The position numbers and the translations under genes are program-made. Of a stretch of DNA of 64,000 nt, positions 1 through 12,448 are shown in pieces (position 1 is the stretch's first letter; the number at the start of each line of letters is the position of its first letter). Location of the stretch: assembly GCA_951406725.2 (NCBI GenBank), contig OX597823.1:76880001-76944000 (forward strand), given 5' to 3'. Under the pieces are notes generated by a model. It was not told where the DNA came from. It saw nothing but the letters and a program-made list of their open reading frames with translations, and searched no databases. This stretch comes from Octopus vulgaris (lineage: Eukaryota).

Positions 1-168
1 GCCGGCCTTGTCACTCTCTGTGTCACGCTGAATATCCCCGAGAACTGCGTTAAGGGTACACGTGTCTGTGGAGTGCTCAGCCACTTACACGTTAATTTCA
101 CGATCAGGCTGTTCCGTTGATTCGGATCAACCGGAACCCTCGTCGTCGTAACCGACGGAGTGCTTCCA
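1..168 (+). mobile_element. SINE family B, tail type 1, 3' part (cut by window edge)
   Basis: Near-identical to 63768-63950 and to the reverse complement of 37279-37445; ends ...GTAACCGACGGAGTGCTTCC. Confidence 0.9.
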
Positions 169-233
169 TCCCATGGAATGACTAATAAAGAGAAATCTAA
201 ATATCTGAATATGCAAATTTAAAATTATACATG

Positions 234-475
234 CTCTTTTACTTGTTTCAGTCATTTGACTGTGGCCATTCTGGAGCACCACCTTTAGTCGAACAAATCG
301 ACCCCAGGACTTATTCTTTGTAAGCCTAGTACTTTTGCCGAATCGCTAAATCACGGAAGCCTAGTACTTATTCTATCGGGCTCTTTTGCTGAATCGCTAA
401 ATTACGGGAACGTAAACACACCAGCATCGGTTGTCGAGCGATGTTGGGGGGTCAAACACAGACACACAAACATAT

Positions 476-570
<95 letters not shown>

Positions 571-734
571 CGATGGGCTTCTTTCAGTTTCCGTCTACCA
601 AATCCACTCACAAGGCTTTGGTCGGTACGAGGCTATTGTAGAAGACACTTGCCCAAGGTGCCATACAGTGGGACTGAACCCGGAACCATGTGGTTGGTAA
701 GCAAGCTACTTATCACACAGCCACTCCTACGCCT
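234..734 (-). mobile_element. SINE family A (tRNA head, CORE-like segment, internal (TA)n/(CA)n)
   Basis: Minus strand shows A-box TGGCTGTGTGA, B-box GGTTCAGTCCC and CORE-like GGCACCTTGGGCAAGTGTC. More than 8 copies in the window. This copy has a short internal duplication at about 320-405. Confidence 0.9.
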
Positions 735-737
735 CAT

Positions 738-872
738 GTCTTTATTTTACTGACCCCGAAAGGATAAAAGCGGAGCTGACCACGTTGGAATTTGAACTCA
801 CAACGAGAAGACGGACAAAATACCGCTCACCATTTTTGGCTGGTGTGCTGAAGATTCTTCCAGCTCATTGGA
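738..872 (-). mobile_element. Old SINE family C fragment
   Basis: GACCCCGAAAGGATAAAAG...GGAATTTGAACTCA is a diverged reverse complement of the family C body. Confidence 0.65.
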
Positions 873-1734
873 TAGAAAAATAAACCCGATTTGAATGATA
901 TATGGTCTGTTATTGCTTTTATCCCAGAAAGAACACCCTTCTTCTCGGTTACTCAGGTCGGGCTAATTGGTATAACAGGGCAAACATTGACACGTTTAAT
1001 TAATTAATTAAATTATTTTGTTCGATTCTTATTTTTATGAATTATATCAGACATAATGCAAGGAATGTATTTTTTGATAAGCACACTAGTTTAAAACTAT
1101 ATAGATAAATATGTACGGTTCATGTTTGAATGTGTGTGTGTGTGGCTTGTATCCGATCGTGTTTGTGTTTGTGCGTTGGTTTATCGTATGATAGGCCAAC
1201 ATATGAAAACCTAACACTCATAGTATGAGATTCAGTTTTAACATCATTGAAGCATCGTTTCATGCACCAATTAATCAAGGAATGTTCATGTAAATATAAC
1301 GTGTAAAATTTTATTTACCAACAGCGCAAATCATGTTCGTAATATTGAAATAAGACCGTGTCCTTTCTCAGAAATGATATTTTGAGCTCTCGGTATGCAA
1401 ACACCGTTGACAAATATTTCTCAATCTAAAGCAGCAAAACATAAATTCTTGAAAATTGACATCCTTAATGTTGGGCGACTGTTTATGTTGTAGGGTAGGA
1501 TGCTAATCTGTGAGGAAAATATTAGTATATAATTTTGAACATACCAGGGGAAAGGCAACATAATATCTGTAGTCAAAAATAATTAAAATGTCCAATTTTT
1601 GTTGTAATGGAACGAAGTCTACACTATTCTCAAAGATAAGAGAATACGTACAAAGAAGCGTTAGAATGTTGTTTGAATTCGTCAATGCAACCCAAAAGTA
1701 AATAAAAATAAATTTAAACATAACCATTAAAGCT

Positions 1735-2194
1735 TCAGTGAATCGATCCGACGAAGGACATGCTTTGTTTCAATTTATGAGTCTCTAGTCATAAAACCAA
1801 AGTGTGAATCGTTTTGGAGTAGTTATGCTGTTGCTTTTGAGCGTAGTGGTCTTCGTCCAGTGGGAGAAGTCCGAAACGTGGTCCTTTGCTATTCGTAAGA
1901 CCCGCAGAAGAAAAAGCATGTCAAACCCCGACACCGAGAGCATCGACGGATGGATCAATGTGCACCCAGGCTCAGCGGTTGCGTAGGAAGTCGGGGACAA
2001 GAAACAGGAAGGAAAAGTGAGAGAAAGTTGGAGCGAAAGAGTACAACAGGGGTCGCCCCCCCCCTTGGCGGAGTCTCGTGGAGCTTTAGGTGTTTTCGCT
2101 CAATAAACACACACAACGCCCGGTCTGGGAATCGAAACTGCGATCCTCCGACCACGAGTGCGCTGCCCTAACCATTGGGCCGTTGTGCCCCCAC
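1735..2194 (-). mobile_element. SINE family B head/body with a different tail (type 2)
   Basis: 2000-2194 is the reverse complement of the B head/body (GGCCCAATGGTTAGGGCAGCG...GTTTCGATTCCCAGACCGGGCG). Sequence beyond CCTGTTTCT is unrelated to tail 1. The 3' end is uncertain. Confidence 0.8.
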
Positions 2195-2294
2195 TGGTAT
2201 AGCTATGTATTGCATAGGGAAGATCCTTCTCTGCGAGTTTAGTATCTACCCAAAAAATATAAGAGCATTTCTCCCTGTAAAGGAAGGAGCAAAT

Positions 2295-2428
2295 AATTCT
2301 TTTCTACTCAAAGCACAAGGCCCGAAATTATGTGGGAGGAGGCCAGTCGATTAGATCTATTCCAGTACGCAACTGGTACTTAATTTATCAACTCCGAAAC
2401 GATGAAAGACAAAGTCGACCTCGGTAGA
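2295..2428 (-). mobile_element. SINE family C 3' half, tail type C2
   Basis: ACTGGTACTTAATTTATC...GATGAAAGACAAAGTCGACCTCGG and AGGCCCGAAATT. Confidence 0.75.
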
Positions 2429-3500
2429 ACATGTAATGATATTATTTCAGTCTGTTTCACACAGATGCTCCTCACGAGTTAATATAGTTCTAATACATTA
2501 AGGAACATTCAAAGAAATAGCTGTCTTGATGAACAACTTCAGGAGCAGGTGGTCTTTTAGCTTGTTGGAATTTTTTCTTGTTTTTTTTTTGTGTTATTTT
2601 CTCTTCGAGATTTATGTCAAACTAAATCTCTCGTATATACAATTATTTCGCCATTGGGCAGCTATGAATACGGCTGAAAAAATAACTGCGATTTCTATCG
2701 ATTGTTACACAACAAAAGCAAGCAACTATAAATGGTATTGGTTATATGAACGTTTTCCAACAGTTATTAAGAGAATAATATGCAAAAAGAAAACGAATTA
2801 CTTAAAGAAAACAGAATACCTTAAATAATTAAAACCAACAGAGTTTCTATTCTGAATGGAATATTTCTTTGGCGTAGTTTCCTCAACAATACAATCAAAC
2901 ACTGACCAAGTGTATTGTGCGATCTTGCTAAAGATAAAATCTTATGCATAAAAAGCTTAAAGAAACTGGTATAAGAGAGAGTTTGACTATTTAATCCTTT
3001 GAAGACTAAAGTCAAATAGTGCCTGTCTACGGTGTTTATCAGAAAAACTTGCAGTAATGAGAATAGTTGGCATATGATATGCACACACACACACACACGC
3101 ACGTGTGTGTATGAATGCCTGTGCGTGTATGTATTCGTGAATACACACACATATATTATATATTACACAGACACACAGATACACATACAGACACACACAC
3201 ATATATTATATACTACACTGACACACACTCATACATACACATATGGTATGAATGCCTGTGTGTGTATGTATTCATGATTACACACACACACACACATTTA
3301 TATTATATATTATACAGACACAGAGACATATATATTCTTCTATATTACACAGATACACAATTGTACATACACACACACACATATGATATATGTATGTACA
3401 ACATATACATAAATGACATGTATATGTACATAGATTTACACATACCACTTTATATTTAATAATTTTTTTCTATTTGGCAATATGACAGAGTCAAACTGTT

Positions 3501-3542
<42 letters not shown>

Positions 3543-3779
3543 CATATGCATTATGTATGCCTTGTATTTCATGATATTTCTGCATTTCTTTGCTGCAGAT
3601 GTTTATATTTAAATAAATGAAAATTCGTGACCTGTATGATTTCCAATGAGGGCAAATTGTTTGAGCGCAGATGGCTGAAGTTTCAGTTACTAAATCTACA
3701 GAATTGATTAATATTTCGAATGTACAGTCTCTAAAATTATGCTGGCATTCTAAAACCAAGGTAAAATTAAGTCTGACAA

Positions 3780-4610
3780 AAATAATTCTGGGCAAACAAC
3801 GAAATTCACCGAGGGGACTGCAGAATGTTGAAACGTATGGGGTCTAAGAACCATGAAACTTGCCAATCAAAACCGCTCATCGTAAACTCCATAAAATTGG
3901 ATACCATTGGATAGCTGCAATGGTTAGGCCTCTCTTGTTCACCATCAACATTGATAAGCGGGAAAAAAAATATTGTTTTCATTATCAGAAGTTATCATTG
4001 ATTGGCTCAAGGGAACGATGTCATCTTCTCTAATGAATTATCAAACACTCCTCTGTTCTGCTTCGAGACGAATTTATGTCAGGGAATAAGCCAAAGAAGC
4101 CTCCAACCCTAACTGTTTGAAGGATCTCTACCGCGAAACATGAAGATGGTTCTGTAATGATATCTGCAGGTATGTCACAGAATTCTTTTGGTCTTAATTT
4201 AACACTAAAGATTATCTGAGCACTCTGGCCAATCACGTCCATCCTATGGTGCAATGCTTGTTCCCTGATGATTGCGCAATAATCTAGAATGGTAATAAAT
4301 CAATTCACACGGCTAATGTTATTCAAAGTTGGTACGAAGAACACACAAAAGTGTAAGCTACATTGGTTCCCTCCGCATACACACCTACCCAATCAACTGA
4401 TCTCGGTTTAATGGAATATTTATAATGCATTTTTGAGCAGCAATTGAAGAGTTACTTTCCTTTGTTAGGTTGCTGAAGGAGCTAAAGTAGGTTTTTCTTA
4501 AATAATGACACAAAATTCCCCCAACAACTGTTCAGAACCGGCCCGTTGCAATTCCTTGGCGTATTAAGACTATAATCTTTCCAAGGGTAGACTGATGCCA
4601 TATTAAATAT
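3780..4610 (+). mobile_element. Decayed Tc1-family (DD34E) transposase remnant
   Basis: Broken-frame translation gives KHEDGSVMISAG, DYLSTLANHVHPMVQCLFP, IHTANVIQSWYEEH and QSTDLGLMEYL, matching Tc1 KHGGGSVM, QDDNAPIH and QSPDLNxIE motifs. Many stops. Confidence 0.8.
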
Positions 4611-6282
4611 TAAAACTTCCAACATCTGTCGTCCTAGAAACACACACTCTCTCTCTCTTTCTGTCTTTAATATTTTTCTCTTTTCTCTCTATCTGTCTTG
4701 ATTATTAGTTAGACTATAAATAAATACAAGTTTTATCTGAATGATGAATTCTAATAGGAGATATCTAACATGTTTTTTCTGCATGTGCACTTTTGTAACA
4801 CCTATTCGGTTACGTAACATGTGTAATGGGAATTAATAATGTCGAAGCATTTTTCCAATCTTCTGCTTTTTTTTAATGTATGCATGTATGTATGTGTGTA
4901 TGTATGTATGTATGTATGTATGTATGTATGTAGGTAGGTAGGTAGGTAGGTAGGTAGGTAGGTTGGTAGGTAGGTAGGTAATATCTCTTTGTATGTCCGA
5001 GTGTACCTGTCCAATGCTCATCGTTAAGTACTGTTCATTGTAATATATTATTATAATATAATATCCCAAATTTTCTCTTTTGTTCTTTTTCATATGCTTT
5101 TTATCTTTATTTTTCTTCCAGATTTAATTAAAGTCTTGTGTCATTTCCATTCCAACACATTCCAACTCCAATGCCATTTGTTTAATAACAAATAAACAAA
5201 CAAAAAAATTTCTATTGCATACGATTCTTTGAATTCTTTGGTTTTTAAGTGGAGTTATTTAGTTTAGAAGAATTGAAAATGTGTTTTCTCTTGAACAGTC
5301 GTTGCCAATTTGGCAAATATTCCAATAGTAAACAGTTATATTTATGAATAAAAGACTCCAGCCAAGTCAGGTGTGATCTCAGAATGGAAACTGTAGGTGA
5401 GTTGGAGGAGTTAGGTCAGAGACAGACGTAAGAAAGAGAGAAAAGCGAGTGTTAGACAGACTGAAGTGAGAAGTAAATGGAAACGCTTAATAGAGTGAAT
5501 CTTATAATAATAAGAGAGAGTGGAAATAAATTTAATTAAAAAAATAAATTACATATGTGTAGGGTTGAGGTGTGCTTGGATGTTTGAAAGAGAGTGTAAG
5601 CATGTGTGCGTACGGAAAAGGAAATAGATAGAGAAAAAATTAGACAGACAGAGAGTATGTGCGTAAGTGTTTACGTCGTTGAGTGTGTGAAAGTGTGCGT
5701 TCGCTTAAAGGTGAGAGAAACAGTGAGAAAAACATGAGAGCGAGAAAGGTGGTCGGGGAAAAGAAACGGTGTCTAAATTAGCATAAAACTCAATGTCTTT
5801 TGTGTGAACAATATTCTACAAGTCAGAGTATTTCTGGAGCAGGAAAGTAAATATGTGTGTGATGAGGTGGGTGTAAATTAACTTGAGATCAGATATTTTT
5901 GACCAGGATTTTAAATGTAAGAACACACGCTTTAATGAGATGGCTTAAAATAGGACGGTCTTCGAAAAACATTCTCTTTGAAGATTAATTCAACCTGATA
6001 ATGCCAGGACAAAATACAAAAGGAGTGGAAAAGGAAACAAGCAAGCGTATGACGAACACAACTTCCTGTTCATAGATTCTAAGTTCAATTTTAGCGCAAA
6101 CGCTATTGGTTTAATATGGGGATTTAACCCAAGGCGGCGATCTGGCAGAAACGTTAGCACGCCGGGCGAAATGCTAATGATGATGCGGACTAGAAAATAT
6201 TGCAGAGGCTGACATAGATGCTGACGATAATCTGGAGAAATGTAGGATGATGATAATTATTGTAATTGTAATGTTTTAAAAG

Positions 6283-7128
6283 TGTGGCCTGTTCAATAAG
6301 TATCTGGACTGTTTCCATAGTAACGAAGTTAAAGCACGTGGAATAAAGCCGAGTGGCAGATTGACCTTAAGCTCTGCTGTGCAAGTGCACTCAGTTTTAA
6401 CGTTCTAGCTTGCTTCTGCTGTTTACAGCAGTGCTTGGAAGTAACGTGTGTAGCGTGTGATCGTCACATTGACCATGATAGAAATTTGGGCAGAGAATTT
6501 TCATTATATTTTGCCAAAAGCTTGGTGATACCTGCTCAACACAATCAAAGAGATCTTGTGCAACTGAAACTCGAGTGTCTTTTGGGGTCAGCTGAAAGCG
6601 ATTTTGGCACAAACTTGGCAGACATGCGTCTCAAATCCAAATCTTCAGTGATACTGGGCTGAACTGAAATGTAACGAATTCACACATCTTCTGATAACTC
6701 ACGGATGGTGATTCGACGATATCCCCTCACAGCTGCACGCACATCTGCAGTGTTTTTCTCAGTTCTGCTGGTTCCCGGTCTCCCAGTATGTTCATCAATA
6801 TCGGCATTTTTTCGACCATCTTGGAAACGTCTGAACCACTCGTACACTTGTGTGCGGCTCATGCACTCCTCTCTATACTCTTTCTGCAATTTTACGTAGG
6901 CGTCAGCAGGCGTCGCCATGACAACTTTCTGTCATGGTCAATACAAATATCACACGCTACACACGTTCCTTCCAAGCACTGCTGTAAACAGCGGAAGTGG
7001 GCTAGAGCGTTAAAACTTAGTGCGCCTGCACAGCAAAGTTCAGGTTCAATCTGTACCGAGCGGCTTTACTTTGCGTGCTTTAGCTTTGTTACTATGACAA
7101 CAGTCCGGTATTTATTGATCAGACCTCG
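6283..7128 (-). mobile_element. Non-autonomous mariner derivative with ~200-bp inverted ends
   Basis: 6283-6490 is the inverted copy of ~6925-7128, and the right end is followed by TA. ORF 6680-6919 encodes the mariner HTH region (MSRTQVYEWFRRFQDGR...GRP...RRITIREL). Confidence 0.9.
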
Positions 7129-7274
7129 TATTAAATATTCCATTCAGTCTGTACCTATCCTACAATAACACTTCTCGTTTGCCTTCTCGAAAATTTCTTT
7201 TCTTTCAGTTTCTCCATTTTTCTTTTCTATACCTAGTTCAATTCATTACGTATTTCTTCCTTACCATATGAAAC

Positions 7275-7453
7275 TTGGACTACGGCCATGCTGGAGCAAC
7301 GCCTTGAAGGGTTTTAGTCGAACAGATCAACTCCAGTACTTACATTTTAAGTCTAATACCTAATCTATCGGTACCTTTCGCCGAACCACTTACTTACATG
7401 GTCATAAACAGACCCGCATCTGTTGTCAAGCAATGGATGAGAAACACAGGCAC

Positions 7454-7489
<36 letters not shown>

Positions 7490-7630
7490 AGGGACATCCA
7501 CACAGTTTCTGTCTACTAATTTCAGTTAAAAGGCATTCGGCGATCTGTGGCTATTGTAGAAGATACTTGCCCTGAGACCATGTGGTAATAAAGCGAACTT
7601 CTAAAGCGAACTTCTAAAGCCGTGACTGCG
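7275..7630 (-). mobile_element. Older diverged SINE family A copy
   Basis: GGCCATGCTGGAGC...TTAGTCGAACAGATC...(CA)n...GGCTATTGTAGAAGATACTTGCCC. Confidence 0.8.
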
Positions 7631-8706
7631 TCTGTTTTTTTTGGGTTTTTTTTGGTATTTTATTTTCATGTTTTTGACACATTTTTTCTTCTTGGATTAC
7701 CACCAGTGATCCAAACTGCTTCTCCTTATTCGAGTTCAATCGATTCGGATTTCAATAATATATATTTGTAATTGATAATTTCTGAACTTTAATATTGACT
7801 TTATTTTAATCCCATTTACATCTAGGATTCAATATAAAGATGTTAAATCGATTTCAGACAGAATATAAGGGGTATTATATTCTAATGACCGAGAAGAATG
7901 AAAACCAGAAATGAATTTGACAGGATTAGAACTCAGAAAGTAACGGGCCGCAACTAATTATAAGAGGTTTATTGTCCGATGCTGTAAGGAGTCTGCCGTT
8001 GCATCGGCTCCGAATAAATTGACTCCGATATTTAGTCTGGCTCTTATTTTATCAGAAAGATGAAAGGCAAATGTCAGTTTTGGTAATATCTGTAATCAGA
8101 ACGAGACCAGACGTAACAAGCCAACACATGACCTTTAGTCTTTCTACTGATTCTACTACCTACTGCTCTCCAGAATTTTAAATACAAATATAAGTATTAA
8201 AACACTTTAGTTATGTGATGTGACTTAAAGAGTCAATACAGTTTAATTTAAAGAGCTCTCTTTGAATTTCTAGACGTTTTGTCTCCTCTTCGAACAGTAA
8301 CATAATTTATTGTTTGTATGCTTAAACTTGTCAGACGAATAGTAATTAGGACTAATGGAGTAGCTATTGCGGTAAGTTAATCTTATCTTTTATATTTTAA
8401 AAGAAAAATAAATCTATGAGTTGAATACTTCAATGTCCATTCTTCATTGGATATATTTAGTACCCATTATTGTTGTGTAGCCCAGAGACAGTCCAAATCA
8501 GATAAGCCTAGGGTCATAAGAACTCCGTCTGTGTCATCACACATTTTTTTCAGACATGATGTATCTAAAACTACGTCATCTAATACGCCTTTGTTTCTTT
8601 AAGGTAACAGGGTATGATTTTGAGCAAAATTTGGTTGATAATTTTAAAATACTTAATGGATACTTCTATCCCTTAGACGGTTATTTTAACCTCTAATTCA
8701 GCTAAC

Positions 8707-8741
<35 letters not shown>

Positions 8742-8816
8742 AATATTAAGGAATAAATCCAAATTTACAGGGAAAAATCAGATTTAGGATTGAATCCAAT
8801 TTTATAGTAAAATATA

Positions 8817-9016
8817 ATATAATATTAATTAGAGACAAAACCACTATTATGCAAATCAAACACAGAAAGACTTAATCCAATACATAAAAAATTTTATATA
8901 AATTAAATATAATTAAGATTAATTAAGATTAATTATATTTAATTTATATAAAATTTTTTATGTATTGGATTAAGTCTTTCTTTGTTTGATTTGCATAATA
9001 GTGGTTTTGTCTCTAA

Positions 9017-9028
<12 letters not shown>
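8817..9028. repeat. Fold-back palindrome, ~100-bp arms, 12-nt spacer, between (TA)n tracts
   Basis: 8817-8916 is the reverse complement of 8929-9028 with one mismatch seen. Confidence 0.95.
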
Positions 9029-9072
<44 letters not shown>

Positions 9073-9100
9073 TGACAAGGCGAGCCAGCTTAATCTTAGG

Positions 9101-9162
9101 CCGGATGAGACTGACGAGCATTTATCAAATGCGAAATCACTGGTGATCTGGTTATGCCCTGG
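9101..9162 (+). ncRNA. Type I hammerhead-like motif with damaged stem I
   Basis: CTGACGA-GCATTT(ATC)AAATGC-GAAA-TCAC(TG)GTGA-TC. Core, stem II and stem III are intact. Stem I pairs distally (CCGG/CTGG, ATGA/TTAT) but is mismatched near the core. Confidence 0.55.
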
Positions 9163-9561
9163 ATGTAGGGAGCTTGCACCCTTATCAATTATAAAATAAG
9201 TGCTTTCTGTGGCTATGAATTGTTTTGACTCTCATTTCTAGCAATACTGGTGCTGACTAGTGGCCTTAGTCACTTTAGGGACCTCTCTCTCTCTCTCTCA
9301 CTCTTTCTCTCTCTCTCACTCATTCTCTCTCTCTCACTCATTCTCTCTCCCCCTCTCTCTCTTTCTGTATATATATTGTTATATTTTGAGAAGGTCATAT
9401 TTTGTTTTACCAAACTAACACACGCACTGTATATTCGTTCTTCACCCATTTAGTATTCTGGAAATCTTTCGTCACACATCTGTGACCTCTTCAGTGACCA
9501 TTTCCATCCACGCGTATCGTCCTGCTCCGCAGGAGGATAGACGTGGATACAGAATGGACTA

Positions 9562-9674
<113 letters not shown>

Positions 9675-9834
9675 ATACATATATTATCTAACTTGTAGCC
9701 ATTGTTGCTATTGAACTCCAGGTCACCTCTGCGCTATTGAAAGACATTCTGCTCATAGCTATCCTACCTTTTCCTCATGCAGTATATATTTGTTCCTCTG
9801 TTTGTTCTTTTACGATGGTTAAACGTTTTGTATG

Positions 9835-10990
9835 AGTGTGGTGCAAAACTAATTGCGGGTTTAACCACCGGCATTAAAACAATATATCTCAGCTCAGAAT
9901 ATATTTCATGAACTGAAACAACAAATAATAAAAGTTACTTATTGTCACAAAAAAAGAAACAGATTTGTTCATTCCGAAAGCAAAGAATTCCGGAGCTTGG
10001 GCCGGATAAATCCTTCGAAAATGTTTTGAGCTGTTGCTTAGTTACTGAAGACTTTGTTTAGCAGGAATATATCGAGATGCTGGAAAATATGGCAGTCGGC
10101 TTGAGAAAAATTTAGGCTATAAACAGAGTGAGTTTTGTAACGTAGTTGTTCAATTTCTATTGAATTATTTGTGAGATTAATAATCAGGTGTTGTCATGGA
10201 GATGGGAAGATCACTTTCGATTGATCAATGCTAGAAGTAAACGTTCCAATTATTGATCCACTTTTACATTTTTTTCTGGCAACACTTCTCTGTAACAATG
10301 GTTTCTCCAGGATTTCACTTACCAATTACCAAACATTGGCCATAAGCCTTTTCTTTTTTTTTTTTCATGGTAGATTCCTTTCTAAAAGTATTTTGAGGCT
10401 TCACTTCGGTCCAGCCACTGCCCAAAACACTGCTAGGTGTTGTATAGAAACCACTGTTTGTCACATGTTACATTGTGATCGATAAACTGGTCGTTTTAGT
10501 CACGTAAAATCAGTGAAGAGCAGGTCTTGTAACAGCGTTGTATTAATTTGCATTCGTTCATGTGGAACCCACTCGTCGAGCTGTTTTGATTAGCCAATGC
10601 GCTACGAAAGTCAAACTGCTGAATGTGATCCACGATTTGTTATTCTGCAACCTCTTGAGTGGCCGCCCTCGATTTGGCTGTTGTCAATCGCAGAAGACAA
10701 TTCGCGATCTTCATGTTCAAGGCTCTCGTTTCTACAGAGAAATTTTCGGATCTGCATGATTGCCGATGGTTCCTTGGTCAGAATCTTCGTTGATGACGAC
10801 AGTAGATTCTGCTTTTGTGCTGTTTCAAACTCGTATATAAAAACAGAAAGAATAGTGGACTTTGTATGCTTATTATTTTTTATTTCTATGGACCGAAATT
10901 CGCACTCCAAACTGATATATTCCCATCTAAGACAGAGATTATTAAATCAACCCTTTGCTTCATCGAAGGATAAGAGTCAAGAACTGATCT
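9835..10990 (-). mobile_element. Decayed mariner transposon (cecropia/Hsmar1-like)
   Basis: End GGTGCAAAACTAATTGCGGGTTT resembles the Hsmar1/MADE1 TIR. Minus-strand peptides EWVPHE, CSSLILRD, VTCDKQW, GQWLD, LHDN and YSLNFSQADCHIFQHLD match WVPHEL, VTxDEKW and YSPDLSPTDYH. Confidence 0.85.
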
Positions 10991-11559
10991 AAACCCAGAT
11001 TATAAACATTTTGTTGCCATTTCTAGCATCTCCAGCGATGCACGAACCCCATTCCCTGGCCTGAGTTATTTATCAATCCAGATCATAGAATTTCCATACC
11101 TTGACATTTTGAATTCAAATCCTGCCAGAGACAATTCTGGCGTCCATCTTACCAGTTTCCTTTCTTTCCGATTTTATACGAAGCATTTTGTGTGGAAATC
11201 ATGTACTTGGGCCACTCTCTTTTCTACGTAACAGCTTATCTGTCCGTGTGATAGTATGTGTCCGTATGTGTGTATGTGTGTATGTGGTTGCGTTTGAATT
11301 TCCAAGTAAAAGGGGAAATATTCAAGATCGAGTAGAATGTTATTATATATTTCAGTATTGATAACAACTCCTTCTTACTACTCAGTTTTTCGTGATTCTC
11401 CACCTATGACAGGACAAAATAGGCAGTCTTTACGAAAAACTATAACAGTAAAAATTATAAGAAACAAAGAACATACCTTTCAAAGAACGAAAAGAAAAGG
11501 ATGAAAACAAAAAAAAAAACGGAGTAAAAGAAAAACTAATATGATATAAAAATAAAGTA

Positions 11560-11940
11560 AAATGGCCTCGAATTTTGGCTCGAGACTAGAAATTTTAAGG
11601 GAAGCGTTTAGTCCATTATCCTACTAGTATTTTTTTTATCGACCCCGAGAGGATATATTACAAAGCTGACCTAAGCGGAAGAATGAACTCAGAATGTAAA
11701 GAGCAGGATGAAATAACCGCGGAACATTTTTTCCGACAATGTAAAAATTCTACCAAATCGTCGCCTTTAATCGATTCAAATTTTGGAACAAAACCAGCAC
11801 ATGAAAGGTAACATTTCTTACCGATCCTGGAAAGATAAAATGCAAATCTGACCTAAGCGGAATTTGAACTCAGAATAGAAATTGCCGGCAGAAATACCTC
11901 AAAGTATTTTTCCAACTCTCTAACAATTCTGCCACCTCGC
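11560..11940 (-). mobile_element. Two old tandem SINE family C copies
   Basis: Repeated GACCTAAGCGGAA...GAACTCAGAAT and ATCGACCCCGAGAGGAT. Confidence 0.65.
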
Positions 11941-12216
11941 AAACTGATGTAAAAATTATTGGATTTAAAGCAACAAAACGTTCAATGCATTCATATCTGC
12001 ATGCACAATGCACAGCTGATCATTTTCTCCCTTTAGTTTAAAAAAAGGAAACATTTTGAATCTTCCCAAAATTGCATTTCTTATTTACCCCTTTTCTAGA
12101 AGACGCCTACATAATTTGATTGCATTTGAGGGAAATTTCCAGACGTGTAAACAAGGATATGGTGGCGCTAACGATTACGGACGTCGGCAAAGTGCTAACG
12201 GTATTGGAAGGGCATA

Positions 12217-12448
12217 AAGGCGGCGATCTGGCAGAAACGTTAGCACGCCGGGCGAAATGCTTAGCGGTATTTCGTCTGCGTTACGTTGTGAGTTCGAATT
12301 CCGCCGAGGTCGACTTTGCCTTTCATCCTTTCGGGGTCGATAAATTAAGTACCAGTTACACACTGGGGTCGATATAATCAACTTAATCCGTTTGTTTGTC
12401 CTTGTTTGTCCCCTCTGTATTTAGCCCATTGTGGGTAACAAAGAAATA
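12217..12448 (+). mobile_element. SINE family C, full length, tail C1, 16-bp TSD
   Basis: A-box-like TGGCAGAAACG, B-box GAGTTCGAATTCC and central GCCTTTCATCCTTTCGGGGTCGATAAATTAAGTACCAG (resembles the MetaSINE domain, from memory). TSD GGTATTGGAAGGGCAT (12200-12215) / GTTATTGGAAGAGCAT (12449-12464). Confidence 0.9.
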
